Source: Pyrodictium abyssi
Lineage (GTDB): Archaea > Thermoproteota > Thermoprotei_A > Sulfolobales > Pyrodictiaceae
DNA: 32,000 nt
Direction: 5' to 3'
Assembly (NCBI RefSeq): GCF_036323395.1
Contig: NZ_AP028907.1
Span: forward strand, 1,200,001 to 1,232,000
Made by a program: the position numbers and the translations under genes
The notes under the pieces: model-generated
The model's input: only the letters and a program-made list of their open reading frames with translations
Told to the model about the DNA's origin: nothing
Databases searched by the model: none
Part shown: positions 1 through 8,746 of the stretch, piece by piece
Layout: the number at the start of each line of letters is the position of its first letter
Numbering within the stretch: position 1 is the first letter of the stretch

Positions 1-70
1 AGCGGTATACGCTGGCGGCAGGAGGCTCGAGCCCAGCGACCAGCTGCCAAGAGGCTGCCAGGGCGTAGCC

Positions 71-571
71 GTGCTCGCCCCGCCGCCCGGCGTGCTGCTC
101 GCCAGGGTAGCCGAGCCCGGAGAGAGGGTGGACCTCGACGGGCTCTCCCGGCTCATGGCCCGGCGCGCAACGCTACTGGGAGGCGGCGCCCTCGTAGCCT
201 TCATGGGGTTCGTGAAGGGCCGGGTAGGCGGCGCGGAGGTCTCGAGGCTGGAGTACGAGGCGCTGGAGCCCCACGCCACCAGGAGGCTCCGGGAGCTCGC
301 CGAGAAGTACGCAGGGCTCCCCGGCGTGATAGACGTCGCCGCTATACACTACCAGGGGGGCCTCGGGCCCGGCGACCCCACGATATACATCCTAGTAACC
401 GCCGTGACCCGTAGCATCGCGTTCCACGCTGCCGCACTGCTGCTGGAGGAGGTCAAGCACAGTGTCCCGATATACAAGCTCGAGCGCCGTAGCGACGGCG
501 ACTACTGGATACTAGGCGACGGCACAAGGATACCCCGAGGAACAGAACGACAAACACACCCACAACTATAA
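71..571 (+). CDS. moaE: Molybdopterin synthase catalytic subunit (MoaE family)
   Basis: 166 aa ORF with MoaE-type pattern: FMGFVKG, LEYEA, AxxRLRELAEKY, IHYQGGLGPGDPTIYI, R..AFHAAALLLEEVKHSVPIYKLERRSDGDYWI. The true start may differ from the GTG at 71. Confidence 0.88.
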   Translation: MLAPPPGVLLARVAEPGERVDLDGLSRLMARRATLLGGGALVAFMGFVKGRVGGAEVSRLEYEALEPHATRRLRELAEKYAGLPGVIDVAAIHYQGGLGPGDPTIYILVTAVTRSIAFHAAALLLEEVKHSVPIYKLERRSDGDYWILGDGTRIPRGTERQTHPQL

Positions 572-873
572 ATCCTCTAGCACACGCCCGGAACTAAACT
601 TGAAGTTCCAGCTCTAGTACTCAGCTTCCTCCGGCCAGGTTTCAACCACCTAGATACACGTCATCCTCAAGTCCATGAGCCAACTACAAAGCTCCTACCG
701 ACTCATTACGACGTTATTCTGATATAATTTATAAATTAATAATTAATCTCTAGCCTCACCGTTTTGCAGCTCTAAAGACGAGCAGTAACTCTTACATCTT
801 ACATTAATAACGAATATAAGCAAAGCCTATAATGTAATAAAAATAAACAAAGGTATAGACATTAGTAATCATC

Positions 874-1950
874 CTAGACGAGCAATTTAAGTATATCTAC
901 GACTCGTCCTATTTCGCCTAAGAGATGTTCTAACAAACTCTCTTCTCCATTTTCATTTTTACGGTGAAGATATCTAATAACGGCTGCACGAGTACATGGT
1001 GCATTATTCTTGCCACTATTTGATTTAAATAGAGCAATATTTCTGAAAACATCACAGGTTACTTCTGATATAATCTTAGTATCATCCTGCATATTGATAT
1101 TCACTTTTTCTATACTCTTCATGCTGTCTTCAGGTATATATTTATCAGCGATACATTCGATTTTTCCTTCAATTCTTTTCCAGATATCCAGCTGGTAAAA
1201 GTTCAGAATAGGGTATATCTCCACATCTCCTATTTGTTTTCTAATTTTCTCTACTTCTTTAAAATCTTTGTGTATCTTATCTAAAATCTTTACATGTGAA
1301 AACGAATTTGTATGTGGGATGTCGGTTTGGCCTAAGCCGTGCCCGCCCCCCGTATTCCCCGTATTTCTACATTCTTTAGGTAAATCAGGTAAATCATATA
1401 GTAATGCGAGAGCCCTTGTATCTATTAAGTATATAATTCGTACTCTCATGCCTCGAGATACTACCTTCTCTTCCTTTCGGAGGAGTTCAACCAGCATCTT
1501 CAAGAGATCAGAGAAGTCTTTCGGGTTGAACGTTAGTATTGGTGATAAATCGATAATGACGTTTAGTGTGCTTTCCCCCTCTAAGTGTTGCAAGTGTTGC
1601 CTAATAATGTCCAAGATGCTAGCCACAATAAGTGCCGTATTTGATACAATGACTGCAAGCATCATATCTTTTTCCTTGGTTCCAGCTACATCGTAGATAT
1701 GCACCTTATCATTATCTCTAAGCATGTAGCGGTTAAATTTAATTACTTTGCCTACTTCATTATCTTCCGACCTCAACAGCAACGTTAGAGGAAAGGGTGT
1801 TGCAGGATCCAATGATATACATATGCTCTCGCCTTTATTATGCTGTCCAAAGGTGCTGCATAGTGCAGACGCTATAAGCGACTTCCCAGTACCACCCTTA
1901 TGCGAAGTAACAATATACAAGTTTATAACCGGATTATATCTGCCTGCCAT
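874..1950 (-). CDS. SIMIBI-class / ParA-MinD-like P-loop ATPase
   Basis: N-terminal NLYIVTSHKGGTGKSLIASAL (deviant Walker A KGGTGKS), ICISLDPATPFP, and LNVIIDLSP as a possible Walker B-type strand. The start is preceded by ggaggt. Confidence 0.8.
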   Translation of the reverse strand: MAGRYNPVINLYIVTSHKGGTGKSLIASALCSTFGQHNKGESICISLDPATPFPLTLLLRSEDNEVGKVIKFNRYMLRDNDKVHIYDVAGTKEKDMMLAVIVSNTALIVASILDIIRQHLQHLEGESTLNVIIDLSPILTFNPKDFSDLLKMLVELLRKEEKVVSRGMRVRIIYLIDTRALALLYDLPDLPKECRNTGNTGGGHGLGQTDIPHTNSFSHVKILDKIHKDFKEVEKIRKQIGDVEIYPILNFYQLDIWKRIEGKIECIADKYIPEDSMKSIEKVNINMQDDTKIISEVTCDVFRNIALFKSNSGKNNAPCTRAAVIRYLHRKNENGEESLLEHLLGEIGRVVDILKLLV

Positions 1951-1963
1951 CCCATATTACCTC

Positions 1964-3202
1964 CTAGCTTAGTTCATCACATAGGTAGAGAAGCGTTGCA
2001 AAAGGATACCTCTCTGCCATCGTTTCTAAATTCTTGTTTCCATTCTTGCCCCTATTTTTACTACTTAACGCATCTTTTAGGTCATATTTGAAGTATTTAA
2101 AATCATCACATAAATCACCCTTACACCATTTATGCCTTAGTATTACTGTTGCAACGAATTTTCGTAGCACATAGAGCCTATTGCCTTTAGGTACTCTTCT
2201 AAGAATAATGTATGCTGATAAAACTGGATGGATAAGACCGACTATACCCTTTCCTGCTAGCCTATCAATACCCTTCTCTGCAGTATTCTTCAAGGTTTCC
2301 AGGACTAGTTTTAGTATGTCTTCGCTTCGTAATCTCTTTTCATCAGTATGTGAATAAAATGCGTATTTGAACTTTAGCATACTTACTATCTTTCGAGGAT
2401 CACCTTCGAACGCATAGCCAAGATCATGCAGCAGCCCTGCCGATAAGATAACAAACCATTTAAAGTACTCAAATAAAGTACTGTTTAAAAACATTCCAAG
2501 CTCACGTCCAAATTCCCTATATTCTTCCGTGTCTTTAAAATTATCATAACTACTAATCTTATTATGGATAGACCGGGCTACTTCGTTTATACTGGTCTTC
2601 CATTTTTTGAAGTTTCTCGGTATTATTTCGTCTATTGTCACATCATTTACTATTTTTATCATGCATTTCGTTACATTTAGGCTGTGGAGTATATGATCGC
2701 GGTAAGCATAATGCAGAGGATCATGACTAAACATGTTATCGATCGATAGGAAGCGTATAATGTCGTCAAATATGTCGCTATAGTACAGTTTGTTCATAAG
2801 GTGCATATATACTGTTGTAGCTGCAGCTAGTATCTCCTCGACACGCTCTAGGCAGCTAGATAGTGGGGGTCTACCGCTAGATTCAAGTCTTGATTTTGCT
2901 AGCTTTACCATCATGCCCCTATATGCTTCTGAAGTAATTGTATTTTTGACATAAAGGTCTTCTATGCTCGTGACTAAAGGGGCATATTCATCTTTTAATA
3001 GTAGATATGCAAATAGGTAAGAAGCATTCTGAATGCCTTCAAGTATTTGATTAACCGTATTAACTATATCTGTAGCTTTCTTTACATCCTTATCGTTGGG
3101 CACAGTGGTATCACCTTTACTATTAACGTTGTAGCTGTGAGTAGAGACGTAACACCCAATAATGTCTACCATGGATAAGTCAGTGGGAATGATTGCTAGC
3201 AT
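1964..3202 (-). CDS. HD-domain protein (putative metal-dependent phosphohydrolase)
   Basis: YRDHILHSLNV, FVILSAGLLHDLGYAFEGD, IHPVLSAYIILRR, VILRHKW, ending PFATLLYLCDELS. The track ORF extends to 3301, but the internal ATG at 3200-3202 (MLAIIPTDLS) avoids overlap with the divergent gene. Confidence 0.72.
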   Translation of the reverse strand: MLAIIPTDLSMVDIIGCYVSTHSYNVNSKGDTTVPNDKDVKKATDIVNTVNQILEGIQNASYLFAYLLLKDEYAPLVTSIEDLYVKNTITSEAYRGMMVKLAKSRLESSGRPPLSSCLERVEEILAAATTVYMHLMNKLYYSDIFDDIIRFLSIDNMFSHDPLHYAYRDHILHSLNVTKCMIKIVNDVTIDEIIPRNFKKWKTSINEVARSIHNKISSYDNFKDTEEYREFGRELGMFLNSTLFEYFKWFVILSAGLLHDLGYAFEGDPRKIVSMLKFKYAFYSHTDEKRLRSEDILKLVLETLKNTAEKGIDRLAGKGIVGLIHPVLSAYIILRRVPKGNRLYVLRKFVATVILRHKWCKGDLCDDFKYFKYDLKDALSSKNRGKNGNKNLETMAERYPFATLLYLCDELS

Positions 3203-3256
3203 TACCGTTACCGATAAACGCGACGCCTGCGTAAAGTATACTGGGCTCGAGGAAAT

Positions 3257-4243
3257 ATGTATTACGAACATAAGCAGCACAAGGAGAAGTATACTGTGCA
3301 TCCCATATCACTTGCAGAGCATAGAGAGCATGACTTGTACCGTGACTATAGTAGAAATGTAAAAGATAAAAAGGGTTTGATTATATCTGATTATAATCAT
3401 GGTTCTATTAAGCTTAGTATGGTAGAGCTATTTAGCATGTGGCCTAACAAGGAAGAGCCTTTAGAGCGCTTTAGCAGTGAGTATAAGGATGAAAAGTTTG
3501 CTAAGTACGGCAGCCGCCTTGTAGTGTTCACTAGCATTGATAAGGGCGAAAAGGAAGGCTGGCTAAAGCCGGGACCCCAGCTTCCTCCTGCACTCAAATG
3601 CCTCCAAGTAGATTCATATGTGACTACAAATCTTCTGATTCAAATATATTCACATCCTTACTTGAGCACTCAGTATACTACACTAGGTGGATCGGCAAAC
3701 TCGTTGCGTCAAATGCTCTCTCAAGTGCATCTTTTGGAGAGTAGTACTGTACAAAATATGCTGCAGCAACTCTATTACAATATAGATTACATCGCAGATA
3801 GTGGATCACATTATTCATCACTGTCTGCTAAAGTTAGCAAAATAAACATAGAAAAAGATTTTAATAGTATAATTAGCGAAATAATTAGTATTATTAATGA
3901 GTTAGAGAAGCGTTTTAGAAGAGCCTATGAGCTAGATTTGATAAAGTATGATGACTGGCAAATAATTTCAGACAAACTACAGAAGCTTGGACTCCTAACC
4001 GAGATGTTGTATAAGATACGCGGCAAGCACATAGATATCTTAGACGCTCTCTCGATCATTAATAAAATAGAAACGAGTGTAGAGGAAATAGCAGAGGAAA
4101 CTAAAAAAAGAGTACCTCTAGTTGCATTACTGCTTGCTCCGGTATTCATACACTTTGAAAGAATAATAAACCCAGTGATGAAGGCTCTAGTTTCAAGATT
4201 ATATAATGCAAAGGTTACGGAAGACTCCCTCGCAAAAGAATAA
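3257..4243 (+). CDS. Orphan helical protein with hydrophobic C-terminal segment, function unknown
   Basis: 328 aa ORF. Mid/C-terminal part is rich in predicted helix; it ends with KKRVPLVALLLAPVFIHFERIINPVMKALVSRLY. Stop is 5 nt before the next ORF. Confidence 0.6.
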   Translation: MYYEHKQHKEKYTVHPISLAEHREHDLYRDYSRNVKDKKGLIISDYNHGSIKLSMVELFSMWPNKEEPLERFSSEYKDEKFAKYGSRLVVFTSIDKGEKEGWLKPGPQLPPALKCLQVDSYVTTNLLIQIYSHPYLSTQYTTLGGSANSLRQMLSQVHLLESSTVQNMLQQLYYNIDYIADSGSHYSSLSAKVSKINIEKDFNSIISEIISIINELEKRFRRAYELDLIKYDDWQIISDKLQKLGLLTEMLYKIRGKHIDILDALSIINKIETSVEEIAEETKKRVPLVALLLAPVFIHFERIINPVMKALVSRLYNAKVTEDSLAKE

Positions 4244-4248
4244 ACAAG

Positions 4249-5163
4249 GTGACATGTAAAATGAGCACTGCTTGTGAATACATGACTAGAGTTCCTGATA
4301 AGAGTGAACCGTTTATCTTGGTAAAGTTGCTTTACTCGTTTCGTTATGAGCCTGACTTGAAGCATACAGAAGGAGTAAAGTTCGAGGAAGCTATGAGAGA
4401 CCTAAGAAGTGAAGTTGAGAACGTTATATCGAGCCTCCGCACTAACTATAGTGTGATAGAGGAAGAGGAAGCAACCAGACTAGTTATAGTTCATCCTGTA
4501 AACCATTTTGCTATAACTATTAGGTACGATGCTGTGATTGTCGAACGTCATGCAGCATTCCTTGAAGAAAAAGAGTGCAACGAAACAATAAACCTTATGA
4601 GATACATCCTAGAGCTACTTGCCGGAAAGCTAATTAATTATTATAAGCAATCGATAGTTGAGGTTGGTGTTCGTGTTTCTCAATCATATATCATTGTGAA
4701 GGGTGAGAATAGTGGCTCCCCAGCGGCTAGGGATGAGCTTCTAAGAGGTCTAGAGGAAGGGACTGTTGTTAGCGTTCTTGCCAATACATTAAATTTAATG
4801 CTAAGCAACAAGAGTCTACGAGATAATACACGCGACTTGGAAGTTAACTGGGGTATTCGAGTAGAAGGTTTAGGTAATGCGAGATTTGTAATAAAGTTTA
4901 TACGGCTAATGCAGGGGAACACTCTTTCTCTTCTTCCCTTGCTGTTGATACCTATGGGTCGCCCGGATCATGGTGTTGAGATTTCTACCCAGTTAATTAT
5001 CGTGCCGAGAGCACAGCGGGATGTCGGAGATGTTATTAGAACCCTGGATAGAGCCGAGGATTGGGTTATTAGTACGTCCCGCCAGTTACATGCTGGTATA
5101 GTAGAGCTGTTGCGGAAGCTAGTTGGTAAGGTGATAGTAATGTATGCTCCCTTGCCTGGTTAG
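4249..5163 (+). CDS. Orphan protein, function unknown, coupled to the preceding gene
   Basis: 304 aa ORF immediately downstream of 3257..4243, same strand and same AT-rich composition. Alternating beta/alpha pattern (RLVIVHPVNHFAITIRYDAVIVERH, SIVEVGVRVSQSYIIVKG). No family recognised. Confidence 0.6.
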   Translation: MTCKMSTACEYMTRVPDKSEPFILVKLLYSFRYEPDLKHTEGVKFEEAMRDLRSEVENVISSLRTNYSVIEEEEATRLVIVHPVNHFAITIRYDAVIVERHAAFLEEKECNETINLMRYILELLAGKLINYYKQSIVEVGVRVSQSYIIVKGENSGSPAARDELLRGLEEGTVVSVLANTLNLMLSNKSLRDNTRDLEVNWGIRVEGLGNARFVIKFIRLMQGNTLSLLPLLLIPMGRPDHGVEISTQLIIVPRAQRDVGDVIRTLDRAEDWVISTSRQLHAGIVELLRKLVGKVIVMYAPLPG

Positions 5164-5540
5164 TTTTACTTTACTGGTGAACTGGGTACTGGCGCTAACG
5201 TGACCCAAGTGAGGAGGCTTTCCGCTTTTCTTTGGTGTGTTTACTGACGTGGTTATTGTTTAAGTGCTTGCTGGGTTTGCTGATTGATTCTGGGGCATGG
5301 GGTAGAAGTGACGGAGGGGCCTTGTCTGAAGTACCTTGGATGCATTTCTGAGTGCTCTAGAGTGTTCATCTGGGGTGGGAGAATGGTGCTTACGAAGTGT
5401 TGATGCTGGCTATCCTGGAGCGGGTGTTGGTATGTCATGTGCGCGCCGGGTCTGAGATAGCTATTGCATGAGTTTGTGTGCTGGCTTGTTACGGGCCATG
5501 AGTCTTCTAGGGCTTATTAGCCGTAGCTGCCAGGCTATAG

Positions 5541-6041
5541 GTGGGTATGCAGGACTTGGCTAGTGCTGTGGTTGTTAGGCTTCCCCGCAGTGACGCTGAG
5601 AGGCTGGAGCGCGAGGCTAGCAGGCTCGGCATAGGCCTGGAGGAGTACGTGCTAGAGCTCCTCCTCCGGAACCTGGACCCGCTGGAGAGGGCGAGGGAAT
5701 ACGCTGAGGCTGCAAGGGGCCTCCTAGAGCGGGCGAGAGAGGAGCTAGAGAGGGGTGATGTCCGGCAGGCTGCCGGGGAGGCCTGGGGCGCTGCAGCGCT
5801 GGCCGTGAAGGCCTACGCGGCGTGGCGGGATGGCAAGAGGTTGACAAGCCATGAGGGGCTATGGGAGTACAAGAGGGTGATGAAGAAGGATCTCGGTGAA
5901 CGGGTTAGTGATGCGTGGTACGCTGGGCAGAGTATGCATGTCTGCTTCTACGAGGGCTGGTGCGCTCGAGAGGGCGTTGAGGAGGCCCTAGAGAGGATCA
6001 AGAGGCTAGTAGAGGAGGTTGAGAAGCGGGTAGAGGCGTAA
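5541..6041 (+). CDS. PaREP1-like family protein
   Basis: YAEAARGLLERAREELERGDVRQAAGEAWGAAALAVKAYAAWRDGKRLTSHEGLWEY resembles the PaREP1/HEPN-like helical pattern common in Thermoproteota. Confidence 0.7.
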   Translation: MGMQDLASAVVVRLPRSDAERLEREASRLGIGLEEYVLELLLRNLDPLERAREYAEAARGLLERAREELERGDVRQAAGEAWGAAALAVKAYAAWRDGKRLTSHEGLWEYKRVMKKDLGERVSDAWYAGQSMHVCFYEGWCAREGVEEALERIKRLVEEVEKRVEA

Positions 6042-6225
6042 CCGGAGCCTACGGCGCCGCTACTGAGGCCTGAGCGCCGGGCTGCATCTCGGCGTGCTCC
6101 GGCGGTTAGGCGCTGACGCTGCTGTGCGCCGGGCGGCTGTGAGGACGTGTGCCCACCCCCGCGTCTTCTCGCTGGCTATCCTGTCACCTGTGGTAGGCCC
6201 CCGGGGCTGTGTCCTGGCGGCTGTT

Positions 6226-6268
6226 GTGTGGAGCCGGCTCCACACTTGGGGCGGTGTGTGGCTCCACA
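6226..6268. promoter_or_regulatory. Putative operator: perfect 20-bp palindrome plus a second TGTGG..CCACA site
   Basis: gtgtggagccggctccacac (6226-6245) is a perfect palindrome. tgtggctccaca (6257-6268) repeats the arms, followed by a TATA-like gctataag (~6273-6280) upstream of the HTH gene. Confidence 0.5.
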
Positions 6269-6357
6269 TAGCCGCTATAAGGCTTGTCGGCGCCTATACC
6301 CGGGGTGCGGGATGGGGCTCCTTGAAGGGGTCTAGCGGCTTTAACTGTGAGAGCGAC

Positions 6358-7737
6358 GTGGACACTGTGCTCCAGGCTCTAGGGCACCCGCTGAGGCGCC
6401 GCATAGTGGAGGCTCTGGCCGAGGAGGGTGAGATGAGCTACGCTGACCTCATGAGGAGGGTTGGGGTCGAAGACTCGGGGACCTTCGCGTTCCACCTCCG
6501 GAGGCTCAGGGGCCTCGTCGAGAAGGACGAGGAGCGCGGCGTCTACCGGCTCACCGAGCTAGGGCTACGGGCCTACCAGGCGCTCCGCCTGGTCAAAACG
6601 GGGGCCTCCGGGGATGTGGGGGCCCGCGAGACAGGGGCCCCGGACCAGCACGAAGAGGGCAGCAGGCTGCTATCGCGGGAGGAGGCTGAGCGGCTCCGGG
6701 ATGAGGGCACCTTCTGGGTTATCAGCGACCGTACCAGCTTCCGGCTCACGAGGGAGCACCTGGAGAGAGCGCTTAGGCGCGGCAGGAGGATACTACTCAC
6801 CGACATAGCTACGCTCGTCATAGACCCGGTCCCCGAAGAGCTGTTCGAGGAGGCCGTCCACGCTATCACGGATGTTGCGCGCGTCTACGCCCCGGAGCAC
6901 CTGCGGGCTGTTCTGGACGAGAAGCTGCAAGATGTGCTCAGTGTAAAGTACTATGACCCGTCGGAGGGCGTGCCGCAGCCGGGGCTACTCGGGGCGCTCG
7001 TTGAGACCCTCGGCTCCATCATCTCGAAGATCGTCGAGGCAGCATTCATGGCCAAGGGTACGGGCAGGCAGCTGGTGGAGGTGGATAGGGTCTTCAGCCG
7101 GCACGGCGAGGAGCTGAGGCTCCGCGCAGAGGCCTGCTCTCTCGTCGTGCTCCCCGGGGAAGACGGCGACACGATACGCCTCCATGGCCGCTCCCGCGGA
7201 GAGCCCTCTGTGGAGGCTACGGAGGCCGAGGACGGGCTAGCCGTCTCTATACGTGGCTCGCGCGAGACTAGGCTACAGCTAGACCTGCCGCCCGGGTGGC
7301 CCCGCCGCCTAGCACTAGAGGCCCGGGCGGCCAGCGTCAAGGCCACGGACCTGGAGCTTGAGAAGCTGAGCGTCAAAGCCAGCGCGTCGGCCCTGATGAT
7401 AGCGGCTAGGCTCGTGGGCCGGAACCCCTCCGCGGAGATAGCGTGCGACACGAGCGCCCTCCAAGCGGAGCTTGGGGGAGACTGGCAGGGCGAAGCCCTA
7501 GTCTCGCTAAAGCTAGGCGCTTCCTCCGCCGAGATAGAGCTGGCTGTCCCGCAGAGCGTACGCGTGGCCGTCGAAACCCTGCTGACAGCGTCATCAGCCA
7601 GCATAGTGGTCGACGGGAAGCGGGTACACGGAGGCTTCATGGAGCCCGGCTACGAGGAGGCCGGGCAGAGGCTCCGGCTGCTAGTGGAGGGCGCCGTGGG
7701 CTCAGCCAAGGTAAACGTCAAGAGGCTGCGAGGGTAG
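6358..7737 (+). CDS. ArsR-like winged-HTH regulator fused to a long beta-rich C-terminal region (adhesin/solenoid-like)
   Basis: VDTVLQALGHPLRRRIVEALAEEGEMSYADLMRRVGVEDSGTFAFHLRRLRGLVEKDEERGVYRLTELG, starting at GTG 6358. The C-terminus has repeated beta-type segments (LEARAASVKATDLELEKLSVKASASALMIAARLV...). The track ORF extends upstream to 6094. Confidence 0.72.
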   Translation: MDTVLQALGHPLRRRIVEALAEEGEMSYADLMRRVGVEDSGTFAFHLRRLRGLVEKDEERGVYRLTELGLRAYQALRLVKTGASGDVGARETGAPDQHEEGSRLLSREEAERLRDEGTFWVISDRTSFRLTREHLERALRRGRRILLTDIATLVIDPVPEELFEEAVHAITDVARVYAPEHLRAVLDEKLQDVLSVKYYDPSEGVPQPGLLGALVETLGSIISKIVEAAFMAKGTGRQLVEVDRVFSRHGEELRLRAEACSLVVLPGEDGDTIRLHGRSRGEPSVEATEAEDGLAVSIRGSRETRLQLDLPPGWPRRLALEARAASVKATDLELEKLSVKASASALMIAARLVGRNPSAEIACDTSALQAELGGDWQGEALVSLKLGASSAEIELAVPQSVRVAVETLLTASSASIVVDGKRVHGGFMEPGYEEAGQRLRLLVEGAVGSAKVNVKRLRG

Positions 7738-7837
7738 GCGACAGCAGAGCACCCGGGCCATGGTAATTGATAAATGCTTATAGCCGGGTAGCAGCCCACC
7801 CGCCGTAGCCACACCGCCGCATGGGTGTCTATGCGCC

Positions 7838-8728
7838 TTGAGGAGGCTTGCCGGGCTCTTGCTAGCGGCTTCCGCCCCGCTGGCCTGGGCTACCAACGTG
7901 GTGGCTTCCCGGGTCCTGGTGACGAGCGGGGTCAACCCGTTCGCCCTGACAGCGGTACGGTGGACCGTAGCAGCCCTGCTGATGGCCGTGTACTCGCTCG
8001 CCAGGGGCCTGGGGGTGCCTGTTGGCCGCCGCCTTCTGGTCGCGGGGCTTCTCGGGATAACCATGTTCAATAACCTGCTCTACCTGGCCCTCGGCTATGC
8101 GCCGGCTGCGCTGGTCGGCCTCGTGTTCGGCCTACTCCCCGCAGTAACGATGCTCATGGCCCGCGCCCTTGGGGTTGAACGGGGCGACCGGGTGCTAGCC
8201 CTAGCCGCAGCCGTGGGCCTCCTGGGCGTCGCGCTGCTCGAGGCTGAGGGGCTCCGGAGCCCCGGCAGCATGGAGTGGCTCGGCGTGCTCCTAGCACTCG
8301 CCGACGTGGCGGTCTGGGCGCTCTACACGATAGAGTCGCGCCGCCTTACCCGCGGCCTTCACCCCCTGGCAGCGCTGACCGGCAGCACCGTGCTCAGCAC
8401 ACCCTTCAACACTGCTATAGCGCTACCCTGGCTCTCGGAGAGCCTCGCCGCGCTAGGGGACCCCTTGCTCCTAGCGCTCCTGCTCTACGTGGCTGCTGTG
8501 CCCGGCTTCCTAGCCTACCTGGCGTGGTTCCACGCGGTCAAGGAGCTCGGCCCGACCACCACGAGCCTCTTCGTGAACCTGCTTCCGCCCGCGACGCTAC
8601 TACTAGCGGTCGCTGTGCTGGGCGAGAAGCCGCGCGGGCTACAGCTAGCCGGTACAGCGCTCATACTGCTAAGCCTAGCCCTGGCAGCACGCAGGCAGCT
8701 ACAGCTAGCCTCCCACGAGGCCAGCTAG
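7838..8728 (+). CDS. EamA/DMT-superfamily transporter
   Basis: About ten hydrophobic helices in two repeats; ALTAVRWTVAALLM, GYAPAALVGLVFGLLPAVTMLMA, GPTTTSLFVNLLPPATLLLAVAVLGEKP. Confidence 0.85.
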   Translation: MRRLAGLLLAASAPLAWATNVVASRVLVTSGVNPFALTAVRWTVAALLMAVYSLARGLGVPVGRRLLVAGLLGITMFNNLLYLALGYAPAALVGLVFGLLPAVTMLMARALGVERGDRVLALAAAVGLLGVALLEAEGLRSPGSMEWLGVLLALADVAVWALYTIESRRLTRGLHPLAALTGSTVLSTPFNTAIALPWLSESLAALGDPLLLALLLYVAAVPGFLAYLAWFHAVKELGPTTTSLFVNLLPPATLLLAVAVLGEKPRGLQLAGTALILLSLALAARRQLQLASHEAS

Positions 8729-8746
8729 AGGACACTGGGGCGCTAT

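Larger units (their letters stand above)
600..5170. mobile_element. Putative horizontally acquired AT-rich island: four genes in two divergent pairs; no integrase seen
   Basis: Sharp composition change from GC-rich flanks to AT-rich sequence with AT-rich codon usage. All four ORFs inside differ in style from the neighbours. Boundaries are approximate. Confidence 0.6.

Noticed and set aside
600-870. Possible tRNA attachment site bordering the island
   Set aside because: No T-loop-like motif or acceptor-stem pairing could be found by eye at either border; not claimed.
6951-7640. 229 aa minus-strand ORF
   Set aside because: Antisense to the HTH fusion gene; Ser/Arg/Pro-rich shadow ORF.
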